From Marsupella aquatica (taxonomy: Eukaryota > Plantae > Marchantiophyta), in NCBI GenBank assembly GCA_973895155.1, contig OZ316895.1, positions 22,518,558-22,582,557 of the forward strand: DNA of 64,000 nucleotides. Direction: 5' to 3'. Within the stretch, counting starts at the first letter, position 1. Each line of letters begins with the position of its first letter. The notes beneath the pieces were generated by a model, which was given only the letters and a program-made list of their open reading frames with translations, did not search any database and was not told where the DNA came from. Made by a program: the position numbers and the translations under genes. This document shows, one piece after another, positions 49,921 to 63,199 of this stretch.

Positions 49921-50930
49921 GAACTTTTCTTTGTATTTTTAGTGAAGGTCTTAATTATAGCCCATAAGTAACAGGGTCTCCCTGTTTGTTTGCTTTTCCT
50001 TTTCTCTCAGTTTTATTTGCCACAAAGAGGGGATGCAAAGGCCCACCAAAACCAAGCAAATTCTGGGACTAAATCCACCCAAGCCAAGGGAATAGACAGA
50101 GCAAAGTGCCCAAGGGCCCGCAAGCAAGCACCCAAAAACACCCAACTCCCTCAGGAGGTAGCTCTCTAAAGATCCTAGCTTGGTTTCATATTGTAATGCC
50201 TACAAATAAATTTGAGCCTATGACTCAAAAGGTCTTGCTGGTCCTTCAGGATACTCTTCCTCTCATCAAGGTTTTCACACTCCCTAGGGTGCTTCCTATT
50301 CTTTGAACAATCAAGTCTATTCACCTACTTGGAATTCTCTGGTGAGATGGGTTGTCCTTCTATTGTGTCCCTGGATGTATCTTCATGGATTTTACCTATT
50401 GCACAAGTCTTTACACCTCCCGCCATCTCTCATTGACTTTATTCTAGCTAAAGAATAGAGGTTGTGCTCAAATGGGTGCTTGCACGAGGCACAAGGGCCA
50501 TTGCATGTTAAACATTTCCTCTTAGGTGTAGAGTTATGACTGCAGCCACTCTCAGTGTTGGAATTATGTCAGTATCCTGTCTGATCTTGGCTCCCTAGCT
50601 TGTCTCACTGTCAGATATGGTCGCTCCTGGCTGCCTCGGACCCAACGATAGTTGGTAGGCCATCTCCCAAAAGAACTGTTTCTGGGCAGACTGACTGGCC
50701 CCCTCTTAGTATGCTATAACTGAAATTAGCCTAGTTGATTAGATTATTCTTGTCGGGTCTTGCCGCTAGCACTCTCACAGTCTCATGGGCTCCCTCCCTC
50801 AAATTGTATTTAAGCACAACTCAGTGCCTTACGTTAATCAAGTTTAAGAAAGATATTGAAAACTTCTACATGGTATCAGAGCCCACCGCTACTGGAACCT
50901 GCACATTCAGTCTAAGTGCAATTAGTCACC

Positions 50931-52870
50931 ATGGCTCAGGGCGATGCAACTACGATCTTTTCTCAGATAGCGACAAGTTAGTCGGGGCACACAATTACAG
51001 TGTGTGGTCTTTTTACGTTGAGAAAATCCTGAGAGAGAAGGATCTATGGGAGATTGTCGACCCCACCATCAATGCACCACCAGCTGGAGGAAGCAATGCT
51101 GCACAGTAGCAAGCCCCCTCACAAGCACAGAGTGCAGCCTTAGCAGCTTCCTCCAGAGGAAGCGCTGCTCAGCAGCAGCCAAGCACTGTTCAGCAACAAC
51201 CTACGGGTACGCCCCATACAAGCATGTTGAAGAGTCTAGCCGACATTCAGAAGCAGAAGGAATGAGTAATCATTATCCTTACCAAGACTGTCAATTACTC
51301 CATTATTCCGATTATTAGAAGGCTCCGTAACGATCCTGCCAAGCTCTGGGCAACTCTGAAGCAGAAGTACGAGTCTTCAGTAGTTCAACGTAAGCTAGAT
51401 TTGAAGATTGCACTCATTGAAACTCGTTTGAGTGAGGGATCCTCAGTAGAGGACTACCTCAAGAAGATCGAGCACCATGTGATGGAGCTAGGCAGCGTAG
51501 GAGAAGAAGTTGACAACAATGAACTAATTCAGATCGTGTTGAGAAACTTGCCTGAAAGTTGGTCCGCTTTCAAATCAGCTTACGGTGTCATGCATGCCAA
51601 GGACCCTCTAGCTACTTTTGCAGATCTGGAGGATCAATGATACACTTAAGGAAAAAATCTACATGATGCAGCCCTTGGGTTTCCTCGCTCCCAGCCAAGA
51701 GAAGCTTGTTTGCAGGCTCAGGAAATTTATCTATGAATTTTCTGTTTTGTTATTCTCTACAGTATATTCAAGCAGAGTCCTAGAGCATGGTATGAAGAAG
51801 TCGATTCATTTCTACGATCAATTGGGTGCACACGTAGCTCACTAGATCCCAATCTATACATTCTACATCCGGGAGGAAAATTTGCAATTGTACTGCTCTT
51901 TGTTGACGACCTCCTATTTACAGGCAATGGAATCGATCTCATCAACGAATTAAAATAACAGCTGAAGGCAAAATACGAAATGAAGGATCTGGGTGCAGCA
52001 AAGAGATATCTTGGAGTAGACTTCCTTGTCACCGGGACCGGAAGTTTACTACATCAAAAACCTACTCAAATCAACTAGTTCTTGACTATGGAATGGACAA
52101 ATGCAAGCCGGTAGCTACTCCTCTACCAGAAGGTCTCGAGCTCTTTGCAGAAACCAACACTCAAGACATCGGCTCTACAAGCTAACCAACTAGTGGGCAA
52201 ACTCATTTACCTCACTAACACATGTCCAGACAGCTTGTTCTCTGTTGGACTAGTGAGCAGATTTATGAGTTAGCCACAACAAGTCCATCTAGATGTAGCT
52301 ATGCATATTGTCAGCTACATTAATGAAACTTCGGATCTGGGAGTATTCTACACACGAGACAGCTTGCTCAACTTGGAAGGATTCACAGATTCTGACTGGG
52401 GAAACTCTTGCCCCGATACAAGAAAATCCACCGGTGGATACTTATTCAAGCTCTCAGAAGGCCCCGTGACCTGGAGTAGCAAAAGGCAACCAACTGTGTC
52501 CCGATCGTCCAAGGAAGCAGAATACAAGGCACTCTCCAATGGTGCACAAGAGGGAGTTTATCTGAAACGACTACCTAAGGAATTGCAAAGGAATGAATCT
52601 CCATGCAACAAGGTCTACTGCAAGAATAGCGAGGTAGCAACAGATGTTGTGAGCGCAACACCTACTCTCCAAGACTTACACGATGCGACAACATGAGCGC
52701 TTGCAAAAAATCCAGTTTTCCATGCACGTACAAAACACTTGGAGATTCATCACCACTTCGTGAGAGAGTGAGTTTTGGAGGGAGAACTCTCAATACACTA
52801 TGTCAAGTCAAAAGATCAAGTAGCAGACATCTTGACAAAGTCATTGTCAAAGACTAAGTTTCTCAGAAAC
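50931..52870 (+). pseudogene. Decayed gag fused by deletion to RT-RNase H; protease and integrase missing
   Basis: Gag KLVGAHNYSVWSF..LWEIV and LRNLPESWSAF (to about 51635), then directly IYMMQPLGF, LFVDDLL, YEMKDLG, LEGFTDSDWG, RKSTGGY, WSSKRQPTVSRSSKEAEY, AKNPVFHARTKH and ADILTKSL. Several stops and frameshifts. Confidence 0.9.
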
Positions 52871-52989
52871 CGAAATGGTAGCCCAGGTACTGCCACAATG
52901 ATACATATCTTACATCAAGATTGACTCATCAAACCATACTAGTCCATGAGATAACTAGATCTCTCCCTGTAATTATCTAGTATGCTTCT

Positions 52990-53469
52990 CTAGCGAGGCT
53001 TGGCCTGTTCTCTCAAAAGGTATATATCGGCCTCCATCCGAGTCTTAAACGATTTAAATTTATTCCCCCTGAAGCCACTCACTAACGGTTCTACCTCCTC
53101 CCAAGCTGTGTAAATCCCTGGGCGACAACCTCGTGCAACAACATAATATTGCTTGGGCGGCTCCTCTGAGAAACCCCGAGCTCCCTCACCCGACGACAAG
53201 CACTTCGTCTCCTCCTTGAGCACAGGAGCGCTCGGCTCCACAGGACGTGCTGCCTCTACGGACCTCTCCACCCTTGTGGTGGTACCGGCCAGTGGCTCCG
53301 ACGTTATTCCAGGATCCTCCCCAGGGGGAGGCTCATCAGCTCTAGGAAGGCTGCCGTGATTACACACCAAGTAATCATATATTTTTCGGGAGAGGGTTGA
53401 TATAAAACCCAACAAGGAAAGGACAAGAAGCATTGCAGACTCCTTCAACTATATCTCCTCTCGAGCCAT
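52990..53469 (-). CDS. Antisense accessory ORF of the copia: hydrophobic N-terminus, Pro/Glu linker, C-terminal RNase H1 hybrid-binding (Cauli_VI/viroplasmin) domain; one in-frame TAG at codon 7
   Basis: YYVVARGCRPGIYTAWEEVEPLVSGFRGNKFKSFKTRMEADIYL fits the HBD consensus YY.V..G..PGIY..W..C...V.GF.G..FK.F.T..EA..YL. ccgccATGG start at 53469 is in frame; a downstream ATG lies at about 53433. Confidence 0.75.
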
Positions 53470-56400
53470 GGCGGTCTGATATCTATGAGCACTAGTGACA
53501 TGTATATACTTTGAATAGAATTGACTTAGACAGATTATGTTGCTCTCCTCTCCCCACGGTAAACTAATACCAACTCTACCTTGGAGTCTCTGCAAGCCAA
53601 GGTCGAGGGGGAGTGTTGGAATTACGTCAATATCCTATTTGATCCTGGCTCCCTTGTCTCGCTGTCAGATATGGTCGCTCCTGGTTGCCTCGGACCCAAC
53701 GATAGTTGGTAGGCCATCTCCCCAAAAGATCCGTTTCTGGGCAGACTGACTGCGCCCCTCTTAGTCTACCATAACCAAAATGCTTAGTTGATTAGATTAT
53801 TCTTGTCGGGTCCTGCCACTAGCACTCTCACAGTCTCACGGGCTCCCTCCCTCAGATTGTATCTAAGCACAGCTTAGTGCCTTACGTTAATCAAGTTTAA
53901 GAGAATATCGAAAATTTCTACAATGAGGGCTAAACATAGTCAACGACTTGGTTGAGTTGGTTGTGTTGCACGCTATACACACAAGCGGGTTTTGTTTGTA
54001 GAAGGAACTAAAGCTCATTGTTACAAAGCCACTTGAGAGATAGGGAGAGGTTGTGTTACAGAGACTTGGTATGACCAATGGGCGCAGAGTATGGACTTGG
54101 TATGACCAATGGCCTGTACCCTCTGAAGGGAATGGGTTACCCTCCATAATATTAACCCAACTGAGGCGATTCCTTCCTCAGTCTCCTCACCTCACATGTC
54201 ATCTAGGAACGAGAAGGCCCCCATGTCATCCAACCTAGTCCAAAATGCTCAAATGTATTTTCACAACTAAAGAAGAACAATCCACAGATGGTCAGATTTC
54301 CATGCTATTATTATCTATAATTTCCTCAGCCTGAAGCAAAAATGTGTTGCGCCTCAGCTTCAAGCCAAAATTGTTGCGGAGGAAGATTGCACACACCACC
54401 AATTCAAAACAACCGAACTCTCAACAAGAAAGACTGCGCAATTCATCCCGAGGTTACAGACATCCATGTAACTGCCATGCCCATTATTTTAATTAAGATG
54501 ACCACAGTATTGAGAGGCCCTAATGGATCAAACGAAAAATATTTCCCATTGCTCATGGTTTAACGAGGACGATGAGTTGTTAACAATTGCAATTGCTTAG
54601 TTCATTTGAAGATACGCAGATGCGGACATGATTGTGGTATGACCAACAATGAAATCTGGTCATGTTATGACGAACGGGAAGCCGGGGGCCATGGAGACGG
54701 GTTAAAGAATCAAAGAATCCCTTGGAAACCAACACAGAGCATTGCTCAAAGGATCTGTAAAACATCGCGATGGGTGTAACTTGTTAAGGTTTTGAGAACA
54801 GTTTGGTGTGACATAATTATATCCCGGTACATCGAAAGGAGCTGGAAGATTGAGACATATACATATACAGATTGGGACACGAACAAATAAGGACATAGAG
54901 ATAGATGGAGACATTGCAATACAATCATAGATCGAAGGTCGTCTGAGTACATAGTCGTTTAAGCTGCCAAAATTTGTGGCTTCGAACGAACAAGCTGGAG
55001 CGCGCTACACCTCATGATTTGTTGAGATCACGCCAAATATTTTGTAGTCCATAGCTAAGCAGGTTATGATAGTGTACCCATTTGATCTTGTCAGCGATTA
55101 TGGTGCCCTGATCACATTGGAGGAAGTCGGAGAGGGACTTATCTCAGTGGAACAACGCCAACCAGAAGTGTCAGCATGTAGAAGAATAAGCCGAGTCCAA
55201 CCAGAGCAAATGCATCAAGATCTGCCGCCAATGGTGGGCATGGAGATCTATGCCATTCCAGAGAAGACTGCATGACAGCACAATGTTGCTTTTGCACAGA
55301 CGTACTATCATGCGTTAACATGAGACAGGATGGTGAGACGTGCTTGTGCCTGTCAGCATGGAAACATAGGGCAAAACCACTGTGCTAAAAATAAAAGTGT
55401 GATTCAAATGGCAAATTCATCCTAACATCTCACAAAAGCAAAATGAAACTGTTAGGTCAGGACTTGCAGATTATACTCCACTGGCAGGAGCAGAGATGAC
55501 AGCTGAGTTCGACCAGAAGCTCAACCTCCTGTACTGTACATTATTTTCCCACCGATGCAAAGTGGACCTCCATGCTGGCCTTGTATGCAACAGGTCTACG
55601 TTTCACCCACTCTACTCTAAGATCCAGACCAAAATTCCTCTGCCATGTGTCTGGTGAACACAGATTTCGTGGATAGGCAAAGCAGGTGGCCTTTCAAATG
55701 CGCCCCAAATTTCTTGACGTAGAAGGCGATTATTCCTTTTTTTTGGAAAACTAGAAAAGCAAAATGCCTAGGTGGAGCTATGAATCACTGGATTTCTAGC
55801 CAGATTCTATCAATCTGGTCCCTACCCCAGAGGAAGAGTGCATGTATGGCAGTGGGCACCTCCACATTTCTTGGCCGTGTTAGAGCTCTCCAGGGAGTAA
55901 TCATGTACAGCTTCATATTTGTACCAGGGAACTTGTAAGGCATCCATAATCACCTTCAGAAACCTACAGTACTTTCTCGCTTTCTTGCCTTCTGAACTCT
56001 CATCCATACATACAAGCACCTTCAGTCTCCTGTTTCTCTATTTTTTTTTCCTCGATATTGGGTGGGAATTTGAAGTGCAGCAACAAGCTCAGCATGCAAT
56101 ACCTGTGCAGTAATACAGAGTGCCTGATTCCTTTTATTTTCTTCACTGTTCCCACGAGGCAATCGCTCATAATTGATTTTTCCAAATTCTCCTCTCAGCA
56201 ACATTTGCAACTCACTTGCACAGGGAGCAGCTAGAGTGAGTTTAGGTATCTTCCTCTTGGGGCGATGTCAGGCAGTATGGATTCTGTCCTTTCCAGTTAA
56301 CTCAGGCGTGGGAAAGGCCCAACCCGGATATACCATAAAGGTGATTTTGCCATGCCACGATCGAAGTTTCTGTTGGATATTACGAACTTTTATTTCTTTT

Positions 56401-59400
56401 GAGTTTCAGGATGTAATTTAGCTTTCTCAAGAAGATTTCTCCGTGCGCCATGTCATTCTGGCCCGGCTTTGGGGACTGGGATCCCGTTAGTGTTTCCAGC
56501 AGGCCCACCAGGTTAAAGTGGAGAACACTTCTGCCCCAAAAAATATTGGCACAAATTAAGATGGAATAATTTCTTATGGAATCCTCAACACTGGCAAATC
56601 GAAACGATCTCTTGCGCGTGTTGTTTCTCAGGCCATGTCCACCGGACACAATTGCCCACAAATTTTTACTTTGAGTCCATTTTTAGCTTTGGTCGGATCC
56701 AAGCACAGAACATGGCGCCCTGTTGTATTTATGTCTGTGTTAATTGGAAAAACAAACTCGATCTAATGGTGAGTTGTCACTAATATATTCATGTGGCACC
56801 GCCTCCCCTCACCATCCGAATCCTACGCGGTTCACCAGACCCTTGTTCTCGAGTCTTTGACCTTCAAACCATATTGTGTTTTCTAATCCTCAGCTTCTAG
56901 AAATGATTTGACTGTCTACATTGATTTTCGTATCAATGCGTACTGCAACGCAGCAGGATAGTGGATCTATCACGTGGTTGGCCTGCCACCTTGTCCTTCG
57001 ATGAAACCAGCAGACTCGGGCATAAAATTATTTTTCTTTGTATGTTTGGTTAATGTAAATTCTCATATCTTTTCTTTGCTTTTTGGTTACGCACAGGAAG
57101 GCAAGCGGGTGCCCAAGATGGCATAAGGTGATAAGGTAACCCCTCTGTCTTACACGGAAAGAGAGTCTGAGCATTCTATTCCAAAATGCAAATATTGAAG
57201 GTCCAGACAGAGCAAGGTGATTCCAGTTCTACTAGAGCATCTGATGCTATGGTGCGTGGGTCCTTTACGTAAGACAGGGCGTACTAATAAATAGGAGAAG
57301 CCTGGTACTGTATTTGCATGTAGGCACTGGATTCCAAGGACTCACATTGTCAAAGCACAGTGGCCAGAACACAGGCTTTTTTACTTTTTCTTTTCCTTTT
57401 TGGACCAGAGTAAGCAATGAAGTACAACAAGATCAATAGTGATTAAAAAACCAATATGCAGGCACGCATGCATCTACTGTAGACTTGCGCTTTGTCATTC
57501 AATAGCTGATTGGTATCTTACAATCATGGGATCTTCAAAAGACAAAAAGTTGGTTTAGGCCATTGCATTTCATTTACATACCAAAGAATCATTTACGGAA
57601 ACTCTTTGTTCTCTACTGCCTCGTCAGGGTGGATGGCCACATGCTTGGATCCCTGCCTTTGCCATTTGCCGCTAGTCAGGAAGCGCCTTCGCTGGGCTGG
57701 CCCATAGACTTGTCCCTTGTTGGGTCTTGCAAGTTCGATTGTTGCCTTTTATTTTCACTAAAATATCCAGTCAAAAGCAAATAAGGTAGGACATGTATAA
57801 AATTCAGATAACCATACTTCTTTTTTCTTCCCTTTGTATTGTATAAACTACATGCATACAGATATTAGATTATTTTGCACTATGAATATCCTTCCCTGAA
57901 AACGGTATCTCCACGAATTACTGCAGGTAAGATCTGAATTGTATGAACTGAAATATCATTGGGTACCCATCATTAATTTTGTGGCATCATCATCTTGATG
58001 GCTCACGACGTCTCCCGAAAATCAACTTCCTTGTGAAATTCAAATTTGGTTTAATTTCCTTTCGTCTCTGAAACGGTTCTCTGGTCTTCCCACACTTCAA
58101 CATTCACGTTTGGACATGCTTCTCTTCTCAACAAGTACAGTGCTTCAAAACGCTAGCTATGTCGTACCTCTTTGCGTAATCTACTAATCTGATCGGTGTT
58201 TTAAGGTTCACATTGACGAGGCCTAATTACTGATAACATCCGTTGTCGGCCTCCCACACAAAAGAATTTTGAAAAATTGAAATGAGCCACAAGTTTTGAT
58301 GAGTTGATTGTGTGAGTTTAGGGTGTGTAAAATTTGGTGGCCGTGTACTGACCTTTCCCTCTAATAAATGAGAAGGAACAACCTCACTTCTTCCGCACGC
58401 CTGAACATTGACGACTATGGCATGGGAGATTTGAAATAGTAGTATTATTGTACTCTCATCTTTGACTTGTTAGTGATTTTAATGCCAAAATCTCCTCTCC
58501 TAACTCTGTACACAAAGAATCATCGGGGTCAGGGACCTGATGATTTCCTTCTGCAGTCAGTGATCCATATGTCAGGTGCTATTGTTTGCCTTGTAATGTG
58601 CTCTCTGAGAGTTTTTTGTTGTTTAATAAATATTAACTTCGTTGTGTTTCCGCGCTCTCGGTGGTACACAGGGGCCTTCCCCATTAGCCCCAAATTCTAG
58701 AAACAAAATAGGCAAGCATCATCACTCGATCTCGAAGAATGTATTGTCCCTCTTGGTGTCGTGTCATTTCCCTAACTACGAGAGGAAAGTGGCACACTCC
58801 CCAAAACTGGAGTCAAGCTCATTCTCATGCAGTACTCATTGTTTGCCATGAGACTCCATCAGGTCGTTGTCTATTTGCCTCATCCCTCCAAAATATTTAG
58901 AGTAGATGTTTTCGAATTATGGTGATCATTGCAATCCTTGAATATGTGCTTTGAAGTTTCTTAGAAAAGGGGTGAAATGCACCTATCCACTTGATATCAT
59001 TGTTTGTCTAAAGCATTTGTTACTGAAAGGTACAGTCATGCCACAAGCCAGGTCCCTAAAGGAAAGAGGACATGGTCAAAAACTCAGACAAGCTGCATCA
59101 AACAACGTGTCACAACCCCCACGGGTTGCATGGCTGTTTGTCTTGGGTGGGTTTCCCTTCCTCTTCGTTGAAATATCCTACTGGACAATGAACAATAATT
59201 AGCCCGTAACTATGAGTAAACTGAAGCACGTATCGTTCACAATCTTTAAAAAATGACATACTGATGCCTTTAAAAGTGGGACCAACACTTTGTACTGTCA
59301 TGAACAATCTCAATTCTAAAATCGAATGAATAATTAGTCTATCAGAATCTTAAGAAACACTACAAGCCAAGCTACTTTGTTTTCTTTTTTTAAATCTTCG

Positions 59401-60442
59401 TACCTTTTATTTATTTTGAAGACAATTCTTATAGTGTTTACCTACATACCATAGTCTAAAAAGTTTTAATACATTTGAGGAAGGTGGGGAAGGTTGGATA
59501 TAGCTACTGTAGACTACCCTGGAACATTATTTGTTTGGAGCATCAAAATCCTAACAAACATTGACAATTCTACTGTGTATTTGCAAAGTATATCATAGCC
59601 TCATAGGTCTTTTTAAGTCCAAAGGGTATTTATTCTTCCGTGTGCCGAGTGCCGACCTTTTGGAAGGCGGACGTTGAATTTGTCAAGCGGGGCCAAGACA
59701 GACTACAGTAGTGGCCCGATTCGTGTGGGCACAGTTACTGTAGTTCCCTTAGGGCTGCCGGGCCAAGGCCGACCACCTTAGTGCCGTGCAAATATTAATT
59801 TGTTTTTCTCAGGAAACAATGGAAGATCAAATTAGTATTTTCCAGGTTTTATTCAATTTTTTAAGAAAATAACGAAAATTCAGTGTTTACATCAAAATGT
59901 TTAGATTATTGTTGGAGGTTTCACAAAGGTTTAGAGTATTTTGTCTGTCAGATTCGTTAAAAATATTAATATCATCGTAATATAAAAATGCGAACAGAAG
60001 TGAAGTCTCTAGATCGTAACTCTATGATCATCATGTGCATATGAGAGAAACTCATGACATAAGTATAATATATATACATGCCAATTTTTTATAATAATCT
60101 CTAATTATTACATTCAAACAATATAAACACTATGGTCCCATCATAACATCCATATGTGCATAGAAGATGAATGTGCACACAAAAATATTGATGTGCACAT
60201 ACAGGAAAATAATATATTATTATTTCATTTATTTTTAAAGAATATTAATGAATAAAAAATATATTTTGATAATTTTTTTATTATGCTCTTCTCTATTCAC
60301 ATTCAAAGAACAGGTAATTGAGGCTAGTGAAAAGAAAATATTAACATCATTCTTGTTTTGAGCAAACCTGGGTGCCACTGAGATACTATTGAGAGCGGCA
60401 GTGAGGTACTGATCAGCGTTTCATATTTGGCAAAAATGACTG

Positions 60443-60613
60443 TAGCTACTATAGTATTTTTGTGTCTCATTAGCCTTGGCCAACCTAATCAAAGGCCCCA
60501 TTAGCCAGAATCTAACTATCATAAAAAAATTAGCTATTGTAGTATTTTTCTGTCTCATTAGCCTGTGTCCAACCTAATCAATGGCCCCCATTAGTCGGAA
60601 TCTAACTATCATA
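60443..60613 (+). repeat. 88-bp tandem duplication
   Basis: tagcta.t.tagtatttt.tgtctcattagcct..ccaacctaatcaa.ggccccattag..gaatctaactatcata occurs twice. Confidence 0.85.
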
Positions 60614-60978
60614 CTTAAATGTAGTGAGATCTGACGGTGAATACTATATGAATATTTGAGCATCTTCTTCTTCTTACACTGAACATTGGCTACTGCCGAA
60701 AAAGTACGCTGGTACTCATTTCTCCTTTCTCAGTTCGGTCATGAGCATTTTCAGACTGCAAAGGATCCAACGCTTTGTCCAGACTCCAGAGCCAAAAAAG
60801 ATGGCAAGCAGCGCATCGGGAACCAAAGCCGGGCCGCCCGGGTAGAGGTTGGAGTCTGGAACGACGGCAGACAAAACCGGCGGCTAAGCCGGTCAGCGAG
60901 GTCTGGCGCCAGTGGTGGTAGACTGGTAGTGACTCAGTGAGTAGTGAGGTACCACAAGACGGCCACCTTTTGCAGTCC

Positions 60979-61490
60979 TGTCACGTTACCGCCCGTGCCT
61001 TCGTTCCCGGCTTGTGTTCGACCGTCCGGCGGCTCCCATTAAAGGCTGGCTTCTTGTGGTTAGGGGCACTGGAGCAGGGCTAAAGCCTAAAGGGCTTTGT
61101 TGGATGGTAAGGTAACTTGGTGTTAGCTTTAGGGGCTGTACATAAATTCTCTTTGTGATTCTCTTAGGCAATTGGCAATTTATTATGGAGTTTTATAGGA
61201 CGTTTCAGTTAGCTGTTAATCACTAGGGCTTCAATTCCCTGACCCAAGGGTGTGATTCTAGGGTATTTTGTTCTCTGGACATCCTGGGTTCTTAATTGTT
61301 TGATGCCCACTTGGATCTCTTGTCTTTGGGATCTTGTAGCCTGGATACAAGATTGCAGGATTGATGTACATTTTTCTTTGGCAGTGTTATATGTGTGTAG
61401 GTGGAGAGTCATTGTGATCCACAAGATATATGACTGCTTATTAAAAAATAATTTCTTACATCTGTTATTGGTTTGCATTTATTTCTGACA
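60979..61490 (+). mobile_element. Possible solo LTR or LTR fragment
   Basis: Begins TGTCACG and has a plausible end at ...TGACA (61490), with LTR-like composition. No TSD recognised. Confidence 0.3.
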
Positions 61491-63199
61491 AATCTAACCT
61501 ACACCATTAGATATTTAATAATTTCAAGAAGACAGCTAGCCATAGAAATTAATTCATGGTAAACCCTATCCAAAGATCTCCCAATATTTGCTTTGTATTA
61601 GTTGTTGCCACCAAAACATTTGGGCAAGAATGTAGTGTCATCTGACACTAAAAACGTCACTGGGTTGGGGGTGAGATTCCTGGCTCTTGCGGCCCGCCCG
61701 GACATGAAACCCACCTATGATTGGGAAAGTTGAAAAAAAATATTCTTTTGCAATTAAGCCTGCACCAATTTGATGGAGTTGGTATACCGTACTGTGATGT
61801 AGTTAATTAAGTTTATTGGGTTGTGTGAGAATATCTTCACAATGTTAGACTTCTATCTTAAATCAAAGGTGAACTTAGATTGTGCATTGTTTTACAAAGG
61901 TGGCAACTATTGTGGACCGTGAGTTTTCCCTTGCAAGAGAGCATCTCTAGGGGTACTGTCAAATGGGCCTAGGTATCGAGAGGAGGATAAAGGGGCTGAT
62001 TTTGGAGGTATATTTTTCCAATGGGGAGGTATATATCTTGGCCTGTATTGTCATGTGTGTGAAAAATTCCATCACATGACACAAGATTCTGGATATGTTT
62101 GCGATTTTGAATTTAAGTATCTCAACACTTCACTTTGAAGAGGATAGCCATCAAAGAAAGGGGGAGGGGGGAACTGTAGGGGACTGAACCCAATATGGGC
62201 TTTGTTAATTTTAGGGCCTCCAATGATGGGCTAAACTTTTGGGTTTAGTAATCATTCACCGCTAAACCGCAAGATGTTATGGAAAGCGCAATGCCCAACT
62301 CTTCCTCTATTTTGGGTGTGGTCTATACTTTGTATGCTATTAAAGTTATCCATAATGTAAGGGGGCCAAAACTGGTCAGATTGCCAATGTCTGCTTTTTG
62401 GTGTGTTTCTTTAAACTCTCGCAAAGTTGCCCTACAACACGTTAGTTTAGCAAATAAGCAGGTGAATTTAGGCAATGGAGTTCAGCAGTGAAGCACTGGT
62501 GCTCAGCAGATCCCAGAGATGAAGCTCAGCAGCTTGCAGCAATGGAGCACATCACCTCTATGCAGCTTGTGAAAGTGCATTGGTGCTTAGCAGGTCGCAA
62601 ATGAGCTCAGCAGCTGGCAGCAATGTCACCTTCTCTTTTTCCAACAACTCGCAGCAATGGCGCCCAGCAGCCCAGCAGTGAAGGCTCAGCAGCGCCATGA
62701 TGGAGGGGGGTGGGGGATCTTGATAATGGAGCTTGATCAGTATCGCAGCAATGGAGGCTATGGGAAAGGTGATTCCTGGGATGGGAAACATTGGGCCTTT
62801 GCAGCGATGGGTAGAAACATTGGACCTGGGCAATAATGCTCAGGCACAGGCTCCCCTCACCCTAACTCTATGTGAGAAGGGTGAGAAGTGTAAATCGTTG
62901 TTGGGGGGACGCAAAATGGGTTTCACCCTATATTTCACCCTCAATTGCAATTAACTTTTACTCGCCCAGAACTTTTACACAGTAGCGGCCAGTCACCAGT
63001 GATCACGCACATAGGGAGAACTTTATTGCGTTCGATTTTTTAATAGAGTATGCTTCCCAGACCCCCCAAAAAGAAAAAGGTATGAAAAGGTCATCAGAAT
63101 TGATAAAGAAAAATACATTGGAGGGACTCAATACAGTACTCTGTTTGTTCTTGTACCGAGGTCAAAGAGGGGGATACCTACGGTTGGGTCTTGGGGACA

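Larger units (their letters stand above)
50556..53922 (+). mobile_element. Internally deleted Ty1/copia LTR retrotransposon
   Basis: LTRs at 50556-50870 and 53614-53922 (TGTTGG...CTACA, roughly 90% identical by eye). PBS TGGTATCAGAGCC (tRNA-iMet) at 50871-50883; PPT GAGGGGGAG at 53605-53613. Flanks CTCAG and ATGAG match only 3 of 5. Confidence 0.93.

Noticed and set aside
59700-59746. Short imperfect inverted repeat ctacagta..gccc/gggc..tactgtag as a miRNA precursor
   Set aside because: The stem is too short and interrupted to support a call.
62470-62760. Recurrent gctcagcag / gcaatggag motifs
   Set aside because: Low-complexity degenerate repeat, probably TE-internal, with no supported ORF or boundaries.
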